Positions 1-9,784 of a stretch of 64,000 nucleotides of DNA are shown here, piece by piece. The notes under the pieces are model-generated. The model was not told the DNA's origin. It did not search any database and was given only the letters and a program-made list of their open reading frames with translations. The translations under genes and the position numbers were made by a program. Every line of letters starts with the position of its first letter. Positions within the stretch are counted from its first letter, which is position 1. Origin of the DNA: Bacilli bacterium (lineage in GTDB: Bacteria > Bacillota_I > Bacilli_A > ML615J-28 > CAG-698); the NCBI GenBank assembly GCA_028691515.1, contig JAQUZE010000005.1, forward strand, positions 14,860-78,859, read 5' to 3'.

Positions 1-501
1 GAGTTTACAAAAGAAATGATACGCTTTCAAAAGGAGTATAAAAAGGGATCTTTTGTAAAAGGTATATATGTACATGGACCTTTTGGTAATGGAAAAACAT
101 TTATGATTTTAAAGCTTGCTAAAGCAATGGCAAAAAAATATCGTGTTGTTTTTGTCTATTATCCTGATTTAGTAAGAAAACTAAAAAGTTCTTTTGGTGA
201 TAGTGATTTTGAATATACAATTAATACTTTAAAAAAAGCAGATATTTTGTTTTTTGATGATGTTGGTGCAGAAAATACAACTCCCTTTATTAGAGATGAA
301 GTATTAGGAACGGTCCTTCAATATAGAATGTTTTCCAATCTGCCAACATTTATGACTTCTAATTTAAGTTTGGAAATGTTAAGGAAACATTTGCAAGAGA
401 CAAGTAGTGATGTTAATCATATGGCTGGGGATAGGCTAATTGAGAGAATAAGATATATGATGAATGAAATTGAATTAATTGATAAAAATTACAGATTATA
501 A
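1..501 (+). CDS. dnaI: Primosomal helicase loader DnaI, C-terminal part (5' end lies outside the window)
   Basis: Frame 1 is open from base 1. AAA+ loader motifs GPFGNGKTF (Walker A), FFDDVGAE (Walker B) and LPTFMTSN are present. The gene sits upstream of thrS, as in Bacillus. Confidence 0.8.
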   Translation, partial: EFTKEMIRFQKEYKKGSFVKGIYVHGPFGNGKTFMILKLAKAMAKKYRVVFVYYPDLVRKLKSSFGDSDFEYTINTLKKADILFFDDVGAENTTPFIRDEVLGTVLQYRMFSNLPTFMTSNLSLEMLRKHLQETSSDVNHMAGDRLIERIRYMMNEIELIDKNYRL

Positions 502-542
502 TAATTGAGATAAGTATTAAAAATTTGTAAATGGAGAAAATT

Positions 543-875
543 ATGTTTTGTAAAAAATGTGGTTCAAAAGTAGAACCAAATGATATTTATTGTAATGTTT
601 GTGGGAACAAGCTAAATTCAGAAAAAAACATTAATAGTATTAATGATTCTTCTGTTAGCATGTCAACACTTGCATTAATTTTTAGTTTTTTTATTCCTAT
701 ATTAGGGCTAGTGTTTGGAGCTATTGGCATAACAAGAGCTTCTCAATTTAAAAACTATAAAACAAGGAATAAGTGTATTATTGCAATTATTATTTCAATA
801 GTTATGATAATACTTAATTATTTGTTTTATGATAAAATAATGGCGATTTTATTAGAATATATAGAGACACAATAA
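543..875 (+). CDS. Zinc-ribbon membrane protein, function unknown
   Basis: N-terminal CKKCG...CNVCG zinc ribbon followed by two hydrophobic helices. A GGAGA SD lies 4 nt upstream of ATG 543. The ORF-track ATG 531 overlaps that SD. Confidence 0.6.
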   Translation: MFCKKCGSKVEPNDIYCNVCGNKLNSEKNINSINDSSVSMSTLALIFSFFIPILGLVFGAIGITRASQFKNYKTRNKCIIAIIISIVMIILNYLFYDKIMAILLEYIETQ

Positions 876-884
876 CATTTATAT

Positions 885-913
885 TTGACTAAATAAATAT
901 TATTGTGTATAAT
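885..913 (+). promoter_or_regulatory. Sigma-A type promoter for the thrS leader
   Basis: TTGACT (885-890), 17-nt spacer, TG-extended TATAAT (908-913). Confidence 0.6.
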
Positions 914-919
914 ATTTAA

Positions 920-1130
920 TATATTGCGAAGAAGTGGACAAGATTATTAATTATTTTATTTTAGAGAGTGCTTGTAAGGTGTAAAAGCATATAAATAATT
1001 TTTAATTACTACCATCGAGCTAACAACGAAAGATTGTTCGTAGCCGAGCGTTAATCGGAATGAGTGCAAGTCTTATAGGCTTGAAAAAGGTGGTACCACG
1101 TATAAGCGTCCTTTATTGGGTGCTTTTTTA
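920..1130 (+). promoter_or_regulatory. T-box riboswitch leader, Thr specifier
   Basis: Stem I motifs AGAGAG (963-968) and GGTGTAAA (978-985). Tandem Thr codons ACT ACC followed by A (1008-1014). T-box motif AAAGGTGGTACCACG (1086-1100). Terminator stem AAGCGTCC/GGGTGCTT (1104-1125) plus a T-run. Confidence 0.85.
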
Positions 1131-1148
1131 TTTTTAGGAGGGAAAATT

Positions 1149-3059
1149 ATGAAAATAAAATTTTTAGATGGTTCAGTAAAAGATTACAAAGATGGATTAA
1201 GTTCTCTTGATATTGCAAAAAGTATTTCTAGTAGTCTTGCTAAAAAGGCTGTTTATGCGATAGTTAATGGTAAAGATTATGATTTAACAAGACCTATTGA
1301 CACAGATGCTTCTTTTGAACTTGTTACTAAAGATGATGAGAGAGCGTTGGAATGTTTGCGTCATTCAGCTAGTCATTTAATGGCAAGTGCTGTTAAAAAT
1401 TTATATCAAGATGCTATTTTTGGTGTTGGACCTGCAATTGAAGAAGGATTTTATTATGATATTAATCCGGGTAATGATATTAAATTTGATGAAACTACAT
1501 TAGTTGTAATTGAAAAAGAAATGAAAAGAATTGCTTCTCAAGGTCTTTCTTTTGAGAGAATCGAGGTTGATAAGGAAGAAGCTCTTGATTTTTTTAGTAA
1601 TGATAGATATAAGCAAGAAATTATAAATGAATTACCAAAGGGTGAAATTATAACACTTTATAAACATGGCAATTTTGTTGATTTATGTAGAGGACCACAT
1701 GTTATTAATACTGGTTTTTTAAAACACGTTAAGTTATTGTCAGTTTCTGGAGCTTACTGGCGTGGTGATTCAAAAAATGAACAATTACAACGAATTTATG
1801 GTACTGCATTTTTTAGTAGTGAAGATTTAGAAAAACATTTAATTAATTTAAAAGAAAGAGCAGAAAGAGATCATAGAAAATTAGGTAGAGAACTTGATTT
1901 ATTTATGGTGAGTGAATATGGCCCAGGATTACCTTTTTGGCTTCCAAATGGGATGGAATTAAGAAAAACACTTGAGGATTATTGGTATAAAGTACACAGA
2001 AGAGAAGGATATAAATTTGTTCAAACTCCTATTATTTTAAATAGAGAATTATGGGAAGTTTCGGGGCATTGGTTTAATTATAAAGAAAATATGTATACTT
2101 TGAAAGTTGATGAAAATGATTATGCTGTAAAGCCAATGAATTGTCCTGGATGTATTTTAGTTTATAAAAATAGTATTCATTCATATCGAGATCTACCTTT
2201 AAAAATTGGTGAGTTAGGTTTGGTTCATAGATATGAAGCTAGTGGTGCTTTGAGTGGGTTATTTAGAGTAAGGTCATTTACCCAAGATGATGCTCATGTT
2301 TTTATGATGGAAAATCAAATTGAAGAGGAAGTAGGCAAATTAATCAAGTTATTTGATGAATTTTATACTACTTTTAATCTTTCATATCATATTGAGCTTT
2401 CAACAAGACCTGAAGATAAATATATTGGATCAATTGAAAATTGGGATAAATCAGAAAAAGCATTAGCAAAAGCTTGTGAACTTGTAGGGAAAGAATATAA
2501 AATTAATCCGGGGGATGGGGCTTTTTATGGTCCTAAACTTGATTTTAAGTTGCGAGATTCAATGAATAGAATCTGGCAATGTGGTACTATTCAATTAGAT
2601 ATGAATCTTCCAGAAAGGTTTGATATTACTTATGTTGCTGCAGATGGTAGTAAAAAAAGACCTATAATGTTACATAGAGCAATTTATGGATCAATTGAAA
2701 GAATGGTGGGAATTTTAGTTGAACATTATGGAGGAGCTTTTCCAACATGGATGGCACCTATTCAATTAAAACTAATTCCTGTGAATTTTGATAATCATGG
2801 TGAATATGTTAATAAATTAGAAAAAATATTTATTAATCATGATTTTAGATTTGAAAGTGATTATCGAGATGAAAAATTGGGATATAAAATTAGGGAATCT
2901 CAGATGAAAAAAATACCTTATCAATTAGTAATTGGGGATAATGAAGTTGAAGCTAATACTGTTACATTTAGAAAATATGGAGAAAAAACTTCAAAAACTT
3001 TATTAGTAGATGAGTTTATTAAACTTGTTGAAGAAGAAATTAAAAACAAAACGAAATAG
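1149..3059 (+). CDS. thrS: Threonyl-tRNA synthetase
   Basis: Full-length ThrRS-like translation with TGS domain, HSASHLMA editing region, class II core and anticodon domain. A GGAGGG SD precedes ATG 1149. The ORF-track start at 1116 lies inside the T-box terminator. Confidence 0.95.
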   Translation: MKIKFLDGSVKDYKDGLSSLDIAKSISSSLAKKAVYAIVNGKDYDLTRPIDTDASFELVTKDDERALECLRHSASHLMASAVKNLYQDAIFGVGPAIEEGFYYDINPGNDIKFDETTLVVIEKEMKRIASQGLSFERIEVDKEEALDFFSNDRYKQEIINELPKGEIITLYKHGNFVDLCRGPHVINTGFLKHVKLLSVSGAYWRGDSKNEQLQRIYGTAFFSSEDLEKHLINLKERAERDHRKLGRELDLFMVSEYGPGLPFWLPNGMELRKTLEDYWYKVHRREGYKFVQTPIILNRELWEVSGHWFNYKENMYTLKVDENDYAVKPMNCPGCILVYKNSIHSYRDLPLKIGELGLVHRYEASGALSGLFRVRSFTQDDAHVFMMENQIEEEVGKLIKLFDEFYTTFNLSYHIELSTRPEDKYIGSIENWDKSEKALAKACELVGKEYKINPGDGAFYGPKLDFKLRDSMNRIWQCGTIQLDMNLPERFDITYVAADGSKKRPIMLHRAIYGSIERMVGILVEHYGGAFPTWMAPIQLKLIPVNFDNHGEYVNKLEKIFINHDFRFESDYRDEKLGYKIRESQMKKIPYQLVIGDNEVEANTVTFRKYGEKTSKTLLVDEFIKLVEEEIKNKTK

Positions 3060-3067
3060 ATTTTTAG

Positions 3068-3101
3068 AAAAAGGCATATAGGACTTCTTGTTGCCCTTTT
3101 T
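3068..3101 (+). terminator. Rho-independent terminator after thrS
   Basis: AAAAAGGCA ... TGCCCTTTTT stem with one bulge, followed by a T-rich tract. Confidence 0.55.
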
Positions 3102-3148
3102 CTTTACTTAAAGAGGGAAAAAAGATATAATACATAATGAGGTAAAAT

Positions 3149-3910
3149 ATGGATATTAAATATAATAACAAAATAGAAAATAAAGATTTTCATCTCATAG
3201 GGTTAATTACTTTAATGGGCGGATATTTTTTATTTCCTTCTCTTCTTTATGTGATATTATTTTTTGGTGTGGAATTAATCACTCCAGTTACAGATAATTT
3301 AGATATTACTATTAAAATATTTGCTCGGGTAATTGCAGAATTACCAATTGCAATATTACTTATTTATTTTACTAGTAAAATTTTTAAATTAGATTTTCGT
3401 AAATTTAAAGAAAAGAAATTAAAGTCAATTCTATTAATTATAGGTGGTTTTATAGGAATATTTGTTGCAAATATTTTAGTTAACTTAATTTATACAAAAC
3501 TAGGAATTAATACTACTTCATCAAATGAGCAAGCAATTAATCAAATGTTATCTAATAAATATTATCCTGTTATTTTAATCGGAATAGTATTCTTTGCCCC
3601 TTTGATAGAGGAATTTATTTTTCGTAAATTTTTATTTGGAGTTCTTGAAGAAAAATATAATTGGAAACCGATTTTTTCAATATTAATTTCTGCTTCATTA
3701 TTTAGCTTAGTACATTTATTATCTGATTCTGGTATTGAATGGATATTTTTCTTTATGTATTTTCCTATGGCATTAATTCTTTCACTTTCTTATCATTATT
3801 CCAATCATAATATATTAATTCCCTTAGCAATTCATTTTATAAATAATTTGGTAGCATCAATATTTACATTAATACCTGTAGGAGCAATATGGCTAAATAT
3901 GATAAATTAG
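3149..3910 (+). CDS. CPBP (CAAX/Abi) family intramembrane glutamic endopeptidase
   Basis: Multi-pass membrane protein with the EEFIFRKF motif, a SLVHL-type His and HFINN near the C-terminus. A GAGG SD is present. Confidence 0.8.
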   Translation: MDIKYNNKIENKDFHLIGLITLMGGYFLFPSLLYVILFFGVELITPVTDNLDITIKIFARVIAELPIAILLIYFTSKIFKLDFRKFKEKKLKSILLIIGGFIGIFVANILVNLIYTKLGINTTSSNEQAINQMLSNKYYPVILIGIVFFAPLIEEFIFRKFLFGVLEEKYNWKPIFSILISASLFSLVHLLSDSGIEWIFFFMYFPMALILSLSYHYSNHNILIPLAIHFINNLVASIFTLIPVGAIWLNMIN

Positions 3911-4800
3911 TAAAAAAAGCAAAAAAATCTTTTGATGAAAAAAATTATTCAGATGCAATTTTATATTTTGAAGAGGCTTTTAATGAAAAGATTTTGTATG
4001 AAGATTTGTGGACACTAGGTATTGCTTATTATTTTTCTGATAGATATGAGGCAGCACTTGAATGTTTTAAAATTTTTGAAGAAAATCAGCCCCTAGATGC
4101 AAATGTTTTTCAGGTAATTGGAGATATCTATTTAGATTTAGGTAAAAAAGAATTAGGTTTAGAATACTTATTGAAAGCAATTGAGAATGGCAATGAAAAA
4201 GGTAATTATTTTAGAGTGGGTCTTATTTATAATGAATTAAAAGATGAAGATAAGGAATTTGAAGCATATAAAAAAGGTGTTTTAGTTGAACCAGATCATT
4301 TTTGGATGAATACAAATTTAGGTTCCCTATATGATAAACGTGGAAATCAAGAAAAGTTTTTAGAATATAGTTTACATGCATATGAAATTGATAAAACTCA
4401 AAAAGTGGTTAGTTATAACTTAGGAATTGCTTATGCAAATATGGGAGATTATGAGCAAGCAATTAAGTATTATTTGGAAGAAATTTCTAAAGAAGATGGA
4501 GTTATTGATGCTTACTTAAATTTGGGTTTAATATATCATTATCGTGATGATGGTAGGGAAAAGGCTAAGTATTATTATTTAAAGGGAATTGAAAAAGATA
4601 AAGATAATTCTTCTTTATGGTATAACCTTGGTTGTTTGTATGTTTTGGAAAAAGATTATAAAAATGCTAATAATTGTTTTCTGTATGCTTGTTTAAAGGA
4701 TTATAAAATATATGATTATTTATTGAAAGATACTGATACTGAGGATTATATAAAGAGTGTTGAATTTAAGGATGTAAAAAAACAGCTTGGCAAGGACTAA
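3889..4800 (+). CDS. Tetratricopeptide (TPR) repeat protein
   Basis: Repeated ~34-aa A/Y/L-patterned units such as LGIAYANMGDYEQAIKYY and LGLIYHY. An AGGAG SD is present. The start overlaps the end of the CPBP gene by 22 nt. Confidence 0.75.
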   Translation: MAKYDKLVKKAKKSFDEKNYSDAILYFEEAFNEKILYEDLWTLGIAYYFSDRYEAALECFKIFEENQPLDANVFQVIGDIYLDLGKKELGLEYLLKAIENGNEKGNYFRVGLIYNELKDEDKEFEAYKKGVLVEPDHFWMNTNLGSLYDKRGNQEKFLEYSLHAYEIDKTQKVVSYNLGIAYANMGDYEQAIKYYLEEISKEDGVIDAYLNLGLIYHYRDDGREKAKYYYLKGIEKDKDNSSLWYNLGCLYVLEKDYKNANNCFLYACLKDYKIYDYLLKDTDTEDYIKSVEFKDVKKQLGKD

Positions 4801-4810
4801 GCTGTTTTTA
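4781..4810 (+). terminator. Rho-independent terminator after the TPR gene
   Basis: AACAGCTT (4781-4788) pairs with AAGCTGTT (4799-4806), followed by a T-run. It spans the stop codon. Confidence 0.7.
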
Positions 4811-4862
4811 ATTGAATAATTTCGTTATATAATATATAATAATTAAAAAGGAATAGTAGAAT

Positions 4863-6161
4863 ATGAAAAATGTAAATATAATAGGAGCTGGACTTGCAGG
4901 TTGTGAGGCGGCATATCAACTTGCTAAAAGAGGGATTAAAGTAAAACTTTTTGAAATGAGACCTAAGAAAAATACTGAAGTTCATAAGACTTCTATGTTT
5001 TCGGAATTAGTGTGTTCTAATAGTTTTAGAGCTATTTCTTTAGAAAATGCTGTAGGTTTAATTAAAGAAGAAATGAGAATCCTCGATTCATTAATTATGA
5101 AAGCCGCAAACTATGCAAAAATAGAAGCTGGTGGGGCTTTAGCTGTTGATAGAGATATGTTTTCGTCTTTTATTACTAATTGGATAATGAGTAATAATAA
5201 TATTGAAGTTATTAATGAAGAAATTACAGAAATTACAAATGGTCCAACAATTATTGCTACTGGACCATTAACTAGCGATAGTTTAGCAGAATCAATTAAA
5301 GGTTTTTGTGGAGAAGATTATTTGTATTTTTATGATGCTATAGCTCCTATTGTTTTAGAATCATCAATTGATAAGGAAATAGCATATTTAAAAAGTAGAT
5401 ATGATATAGGAGAAGCATCTTATTATAATTGCCCGATGAATAAGGATCAATATAATGAATTTTATGATGAATTAATTAAAGCAGAAAGAGTTATGCCAAA
5501 AGAATATGAGCTTAAAGTGTTTGAAGGATGTATGGCGATTGAAGACATTGCTGAAAGAGGAAGACAAACATTGCTGTTTGGACCTTTTAAACCTGTAGGC
5601 TTGACAAATCCCAAAACAGGTGATATTCCTTATGCTGTTGTGCAATTAAGAAAAGATAATTTAAGCGGAACTTTATATAATATTGTTGGTTTTCAAACTC
5701 ATTTAACTTGGCCAGAACAAAAAAGAATTATTCGTATGATACCAGGATTGGAAAAAGCACAAATTGTAAGATATGGAATTATGCACAGAAATACTTTTAT
5801 TAAATCACCTGAAATTTTAAATGTATTTTATCAAACTAAAAAAAGAGAGGATTTATTTTTTGCAGGACAAATTACTGGTGTTGAAGGATATATTGAATCG
5901 GCTTCATCTGGAATGGTTGCGGGTATTAATATGTATAGATTCTTAATGGGTTTAGATTTGATTGATTTTACATCATTGACAGCAATGGGTTCTCTTCCTA
6001 ATTACATATCTACAAAAACTGGTAATTTTCAACCAATGAATGTTAATTTTGGAATATTTGCACCAATTAAAGAAAAGTTGAAAAAGAAAGAGAGAAAAGT
6101 TTTTTATTTAAATAGAAGTTTAAAAAAGATTGAAGAGATTAAGGTGATAATTGATGACTAA
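4863..6161 (+). CDS. trmFO: Methylenetetrahydrofolate--tRNA-(uracil-5-)-methyltransferase TrmFO
   Basis: N-terminal FAD fold [12 protein letters not shown] and full-length TrmFO/Gid-like sequence. Followed by xerC, as in Bacillus. Confidence 0.93.
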   Translation: MKNVNIIGAGLAGCEAAYQLAKRGIKVKLFEMRPKKNTEVHKTSMFSELVCSNSFRAISLENAVGLIKEEMRILDSLIMKAANYAKIEAGGALAVDRDMFSSFITNWIMSNNNIEVINEEITEITNGPTIIATGPLTSDSLAESIKGFCGEDYLYFYDAIAPIVLESSIDKEIAYLKSRYDIGEASYYNCPMNKDQYNEFYDELIKAERVMPKEYELKVFEGCMAIEDIAERGRQTLLFGPFKPVGLTNPKTGDIPYAVVQLRKDNLSGTLYNIVGFQTHLTWPEQKRIIRMIPGLEKAQIVRYGIMHRNTFIKSPEILNVFYQTKKREDLFFAGQITGVEGYIESASSGMVAGINMYRFLMGLDLIDFTSLTAMGSLPNYISTKTGNFQPMNVNFGIFAPIKEKLKKKERKVFYLNRSLKKIEEIKVIIDD

Positions 6162-7068
6162 ACCAAAAGTATTTCAGGAGTTTAGAGATTTTTTAGAAAA
6201 TGAAAGAAGTTATTCAGCTTATACTATTAAGTCTTACATGAAAGATATAGCTGATTTTAATAATTATTTAATAAATAATGATTTTCCCCTATTTTTAGAA
6301 ATATCTAATAATGTTCCTAGATATTATTTGTCATATTTAAATCAAAAATATAAAGCTAAGTCAGTTAATAGAAAATTATCTTCGTTAAGAAGTTTTTATC
6401 GCTTTTTAGTTCAAAATGGTTATAGAGATAATAATCCATTTTTAGAAATAAATTCTATGAAAACTCCACAAGCATTACCTAAAAGATTGTATGAAGATGA
6501 GATTGAAAAATTGTTTTCTATAATTGATGTAAATACAGTAATCGGAATCAGAGATTACGCAATATTAGAAATGTTATATGGGACAGGAATCAGGGTTAGT
6601 GAATTGTGTGGATTAAAAATTCAAGATATTGATTTTTATAATAATAATATTATTGTTTTAGGAAAAGGTAATAAGGAAAGATATGTTCCGATTCATCAAA
6701 AAATTAAAAGTGCTGTTTATGATTATATACAGTATTCAAGATTAGACTTATTAAAAAATAATAAAAAAAATGTGCCTGAAGCGTTGTTTTTAAATTTTAA
6801 AGGTTTTCCTTTATTAGTTAGAGGAGTTAGAGTAATTCTTGATAAGCTTGCTGAAAAAGCAGGTTTAGAATTTAGTATTTCTCCCCACATGTTAAGACAT
6901 TCTTTTGCTACTTCTCTAATCGATAATGGAGCTGATTTAAGGAGTGTACAAGAGTTGTTAGGACATGAGAATTTGAGTACTACTCAAATTTATACTCATG
7001 TATCTAAAGAAGCTTTGAAGAAAGGTTATGATGCTTTTTTTCCAAGAAGAGATAAGGAGAAGAAATGA
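6154..7068 (+). CDS. xerC: Tyrosine recombinase XerC/XerD family (chromosome dimer resolution)
   Basis: Catalytic signature [10 protein letters not shown]...LGH...TQIYTH. trmFO-xerC synteny. ATG 6154 follows an AAGGTGA SD; the ORF-track TTG 6151 is less likely. Confidence 0.85.
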   Translation: MTKPKVFQEFRDFLENERSYSAYTIKSYMKDIADFNNYLINNDFPLFLEISNNVPRYYLSYLNQKYKAKSVNRKLSSLRSFYRFLVQNGYRDNNPFLEINSMKTPQALPKRLYEDEIEKLFSIIDVNTVIGIRDYAILEMLYGTGIRVSELCGLKIQDIDFYNNNIIVLGKGNKERYVPIHQKIKSAVYDYIQYSRLDLLKNNKKNVPEALFLNFKGFPLLVRGVRVILDKLAEKAGLEFSISPHMLRHSFATSLIDNGADLRSVQELLGHENLSTTQIYTHVSKEALKKGYDAFFPRRDKEKK

Positions 7069-7526
7069 GAAAAAGAGGATTTGAAATAGTTAATGATAAG
7101 TTTTTAGAAGATGTTATAAAAGAAGATATCTTTTTACCGAAAAGAGCTACACACAATTCCGCGGGTTATGATTTCTTTTTACCAAGAAATATAAATATAA
7201 AACCAAAAGAAAGTATTAGTATAAAAACCTATATAAAAGCCTATATGGAAAATGATGAAGTTTTACTTATTTTTATTAGAAGTAGTATTGGTGTTAAAAA
7301 GAATTTGGTTTTGAAAAATATTACTGGTGTTATTGATAGTGATTATTATAATAATAGAGATAATGATGGAAATATTATTATTAATTTAATTAATAACGGA
7401 AATGAAGAGGTAAGTTTACTTCAGCATGAAAGATTTGTGCAAGGAATTTTTGTTAAATATTTAAAAGTTGATGATGAAGAATTTCCTAAGAAAAAAAGAT
7501 TAGGTGGTTTTGGGAGTACAGTGTAA
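7065..7526 (+). CDS. dut: dUTP diphosphatase (trimeric dUTPase)
   Basis: Motifs AGYDF, GVIDSDYYN and C-terminal RLGGFGST. ATGA overlap with the xerC stop. Confidence 0.85.
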   Translation: MRKRGFEIVNDKFLEDVIKEDIFLPKRATHNSAGYDFFLPRNINIKPKESISIKTYIKAYMENDEVLLIFIRSSIGVKKNLVLKNITGVIDSDYYNNRDNDGNIIINLINNGNEEVSLLQHERFVQGIFVKYLKVDDEEFPKKKRLGGFGSTV

Positions 7527-7568
7527 TATTCAATATAATTATGCGCGGTAATAATCACTAGTTTTATC

Positions 7569-7597
7569 TTGATTAATATATAAAATTATGTTATAAT
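7569..7597 (+). promoter_or_regulatory. Sigma-A type promoter for rpsB-tsf
   Basis: TTGATT (7569-7574), 17-nt spacer, TATAAT (7592-7597). This predicts a ~110-nt leader. Confidence 0.6.
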
Positions 7598-7712
7598 ATT
7601 CAAAGGCAATTAAAATACACACACTAATCGGAGACTGTCGTCAAGTGCACTATATGTGAGGCGGCAAGTTGTAGATGATAGTGGAGGCCAAACAAAAGAA
7701 AAAGGAGAATTT

Positions 7713-8843
7713 ATGTCAGTAATTACAAAAAATCAATTGCTAGAAGCAGGAGTCCATTTTGGTCACAATACTCGCAAATGGAACCCTAAAATGAAAGAGT
7801 ATATTTTTGGAGAAAGAAATGGTATTTATATCATTGACTTAGAAAAAACTGTAGAAGCAGTTAATAAAGCTTATAAAGCATTATTTACTATTGTTCAAAA
7901 TGGTGGGAGTGTTTTATTTGTTGGGACAAGAAAACAAATTCAAGATATTATTAAGGAAGAAGCAACAAGATCAGAACAATATTATGTTGATCAAAGATGG
8001 CTTGGTGGTACTTTAACTAATTATAAGAGTATTAGAAAAAGTATTTCTAGATTGTTTGAGATTGAAAGAATGTCTGAAGATGGAACTTTTGAAGTTCTAC
8101 CTAAAAAAGAAGTTATTTTGTTAAATAAAGAAAAAGAACGCCTTGAAAAATTTTTTAATGGAATTAAAAATATGAAAGGTCTTCCAGCTGCTATGTTTGT
8201 AATTGATCCAAAGAGTGAACATAATGCTGTTGCAGAGGCAAAAAGATTAGGCATTACTTTATTTGCACTTGTTGATACAAATTGTGATCCAGACGAGATT
8301 GATTATGTAATCCCTGGTAATGATGATGCAATTAGAGCTGTTAAATTAATTACTGCTACAATGGCAAATGCTGTTGTTGAGGCAAATGGGGGTTCACCTA
8401 TTGAAATAATATTTACTGATGAACCGACACCACAGGATGAAAGAAAACGTGGTGGTTATAAAGGAAAGAGCAATAAGCCTTATAATAGAAATAAGCAATC
8501 TTATAATAAAGAAAAATATAGTGGAGATAGAGTCAGAACAAAAACTTTAGATGCTATCGTTGTAGCTGCTGAAGATATTGTTTCAGATGATGAAAAGAAA
8601 GCAAACAAAAAAGCTAAGGAAGAAGCTATTGTTGAAGAAAAACAAGCTAAACCTAAAAATAAAATTGAAAAGCTAGAAGCAGTTGAAGAAGCAAAAACTC
8701 CTAAAAAGATTAAAGAACAAGTAATTGTTGAAGAAAAAAAAGAGAATGTTGAACCAGTTTTAGAAACAAAAGCTCCTAAAAAGGCTGCGAAATCTGAAAT
8801 TGAAGTTACAGTGGAAGAAGTTATAGAAACAGAGGAGAATTAA
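7713..8843 (+). CDS. rpsB: 30S ribosomal protein S2 with a long K/E-rich C-terminal extension
   Basis: The conserved S2 core starts at [18 protein letters not shown]. An AAAGGAG SD precedes ATG 7713. The tail from about 8391 onward is low-complexity K/E/P-rich. Confidence 0.95.
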   Translation: MSVITKNQLLEAGVHFGHNTRKWNPKMKEYIFGERNGIYIIDLEKTVEAVNKAYKALFTIVQNGGSVLFVGTRKQIQDIIKEEATRSEQYYVDQRWLGGTLTNYKSIRKSISRLFEIERMSEDGTFEVLPKKEVILLNKEKERLEKFFNGIKNMKGLPAAMFVIDPKSEHNAVAEAKRLGITLFALVDTNCDPDEIDYVIPGNDDAIRAVKLITATMANAVVEANGGSPIEIIFTDEPTPQDERKRGGYKGKSNKPYNRNKQSYNKEKYSGDRVRTKTLDAIVVAAEDIVSDDEKKANKKAKEEAIVEEKQAKPKNKIEKLEAVEEAKTPKKIKEQVIVEEKKENVEPVLETKAPKKAAKSEIEVTVEEVIETEEN

Positions 8844-8845
8844 TT

Positions 8846-9721
8846 ATGGCACAAATTACAGCTAGTCAAGTAAAAGAATTAAGAGAACGCACTAGTGCAG
8901 GAATGATGGATTGTAAGAAAGCTTTAGTTAATACTAATGGAGATATAGAACAAGCCATTATTTGGTTAAGAGAAAATGGAATTACAAAGGCAGCAAAGAA
9001 AGCAGGAAGAATTGCAGCTGAAGGAATTTGCAAAGTAGTTAATAATGATAAAAAGGCTGTCATTTTTGAATTAAATAGTGAAACGGATTTTGTTGCTAAA
9101 AATGATAAATTTCAAGTTTATGCTGCACAAATTGGTGATGCTATTTTAAATAGCCAAGCTTTAAATACTGAAGAGGCATTAGAAATAAAAGTAGATGATA
9201 AGACTTTAGCTGATTTAGTTATTGAAGCAACTGCTACAATTGGTGAAAAAATTTCTTTAAGAAGAGTTAATGTTTTTACTAAAGAAGAAGAACAAGAATT
9301 TAGTTCATATATTCATATGGGTGGTAAAATTGCTGTTCTAACAGTTTATTCTGGTTCTGAAGATGTTGCTCATGACATATGTATGCATATAGCTGCAATG
9401 AGTCCAACATATTTAGATGAGTCAGAAGTTGATGCTGCTCATATTGCTCAAGAAAGAATTATTCTTGTTGAAGAAACACGTAATGAAGGTAAACCAGAAA
9501 AAATAATTGATAAAATTGTTGATGGTAAAATTAAAAAATTATTAAAAGGTATTTGTTTGTTAGATCAACCATTTGTAAAAAATCAAGATCAAACAGTTGG
9601 AGAGTTTTTAAAAGCTAATAATACAAAAATTGCTAAATTTATACGCCTTGAAGTTGGAGAAGGAATCGAGAAAAAACAAGATGACTTTGCAGCGGAAGTT
9701 ATGGCAGCTGTTAACAATTAA
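8846..9721 (+). CDS. tsf: Elongation factor Ts
   Basis: N-terminal UBA-like ITASQVKELRERTSAGMMDCKKAL. rpsB-tsf synteny. Confidence 0.95.
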   Translation: MAQITASQVKELRERTSAGMMDCKKALVNTNGDIEQAIIWLRENGITKAAKKAGRIAAEGICKVVNNDKKAVIFELNSETDFVAKNDKFQVYAAQIGDAILNSQALNTEEALEIKVDDKTLADLVIEATATIGEKISLRRVNVFTKEEEQEFSSYIHMGGKIAVLTVYSGSEDVAHDICMHIAAMSPTYLDESEVDAAHIAQERIILVEETRNEGKPEKIIDKIVDGKIKKLLKGICLLDQPFVKNQDQTVGEFLKANNTKIAKFIRLEVGEGIEKKQDDFAAEVMAAVNN

Positions 9722-9724
9722 ATT

Positions 9725-9755
9725 AAAAAGGCACTTTTTTTTCAGTGCCTTTTTT
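9725..9755 (+). terminator. Rho-independent terminator after tsf
   Basis: AGGCACT/AGTGCCT stem extended by A/T pairs, followed by a T-run. An extended -10 TGATATAAT (9755-9763) for pyrH follows directly. Confidence 0.75.
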
Positions 9756-9784
9756 GATATAATATGAGTAGAAAGGGAATGAGT

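Noticed and set aside
6154-7068. Is the tyrosine recombinase a marker of an integrated mobile element?
   Set aside because: It sits in the conserved trmFO-xerC housekeeping context. There are no flanking repeats, phage genes or tRNA attachment site. It is best explained as the chromosomal Xer recombinase.
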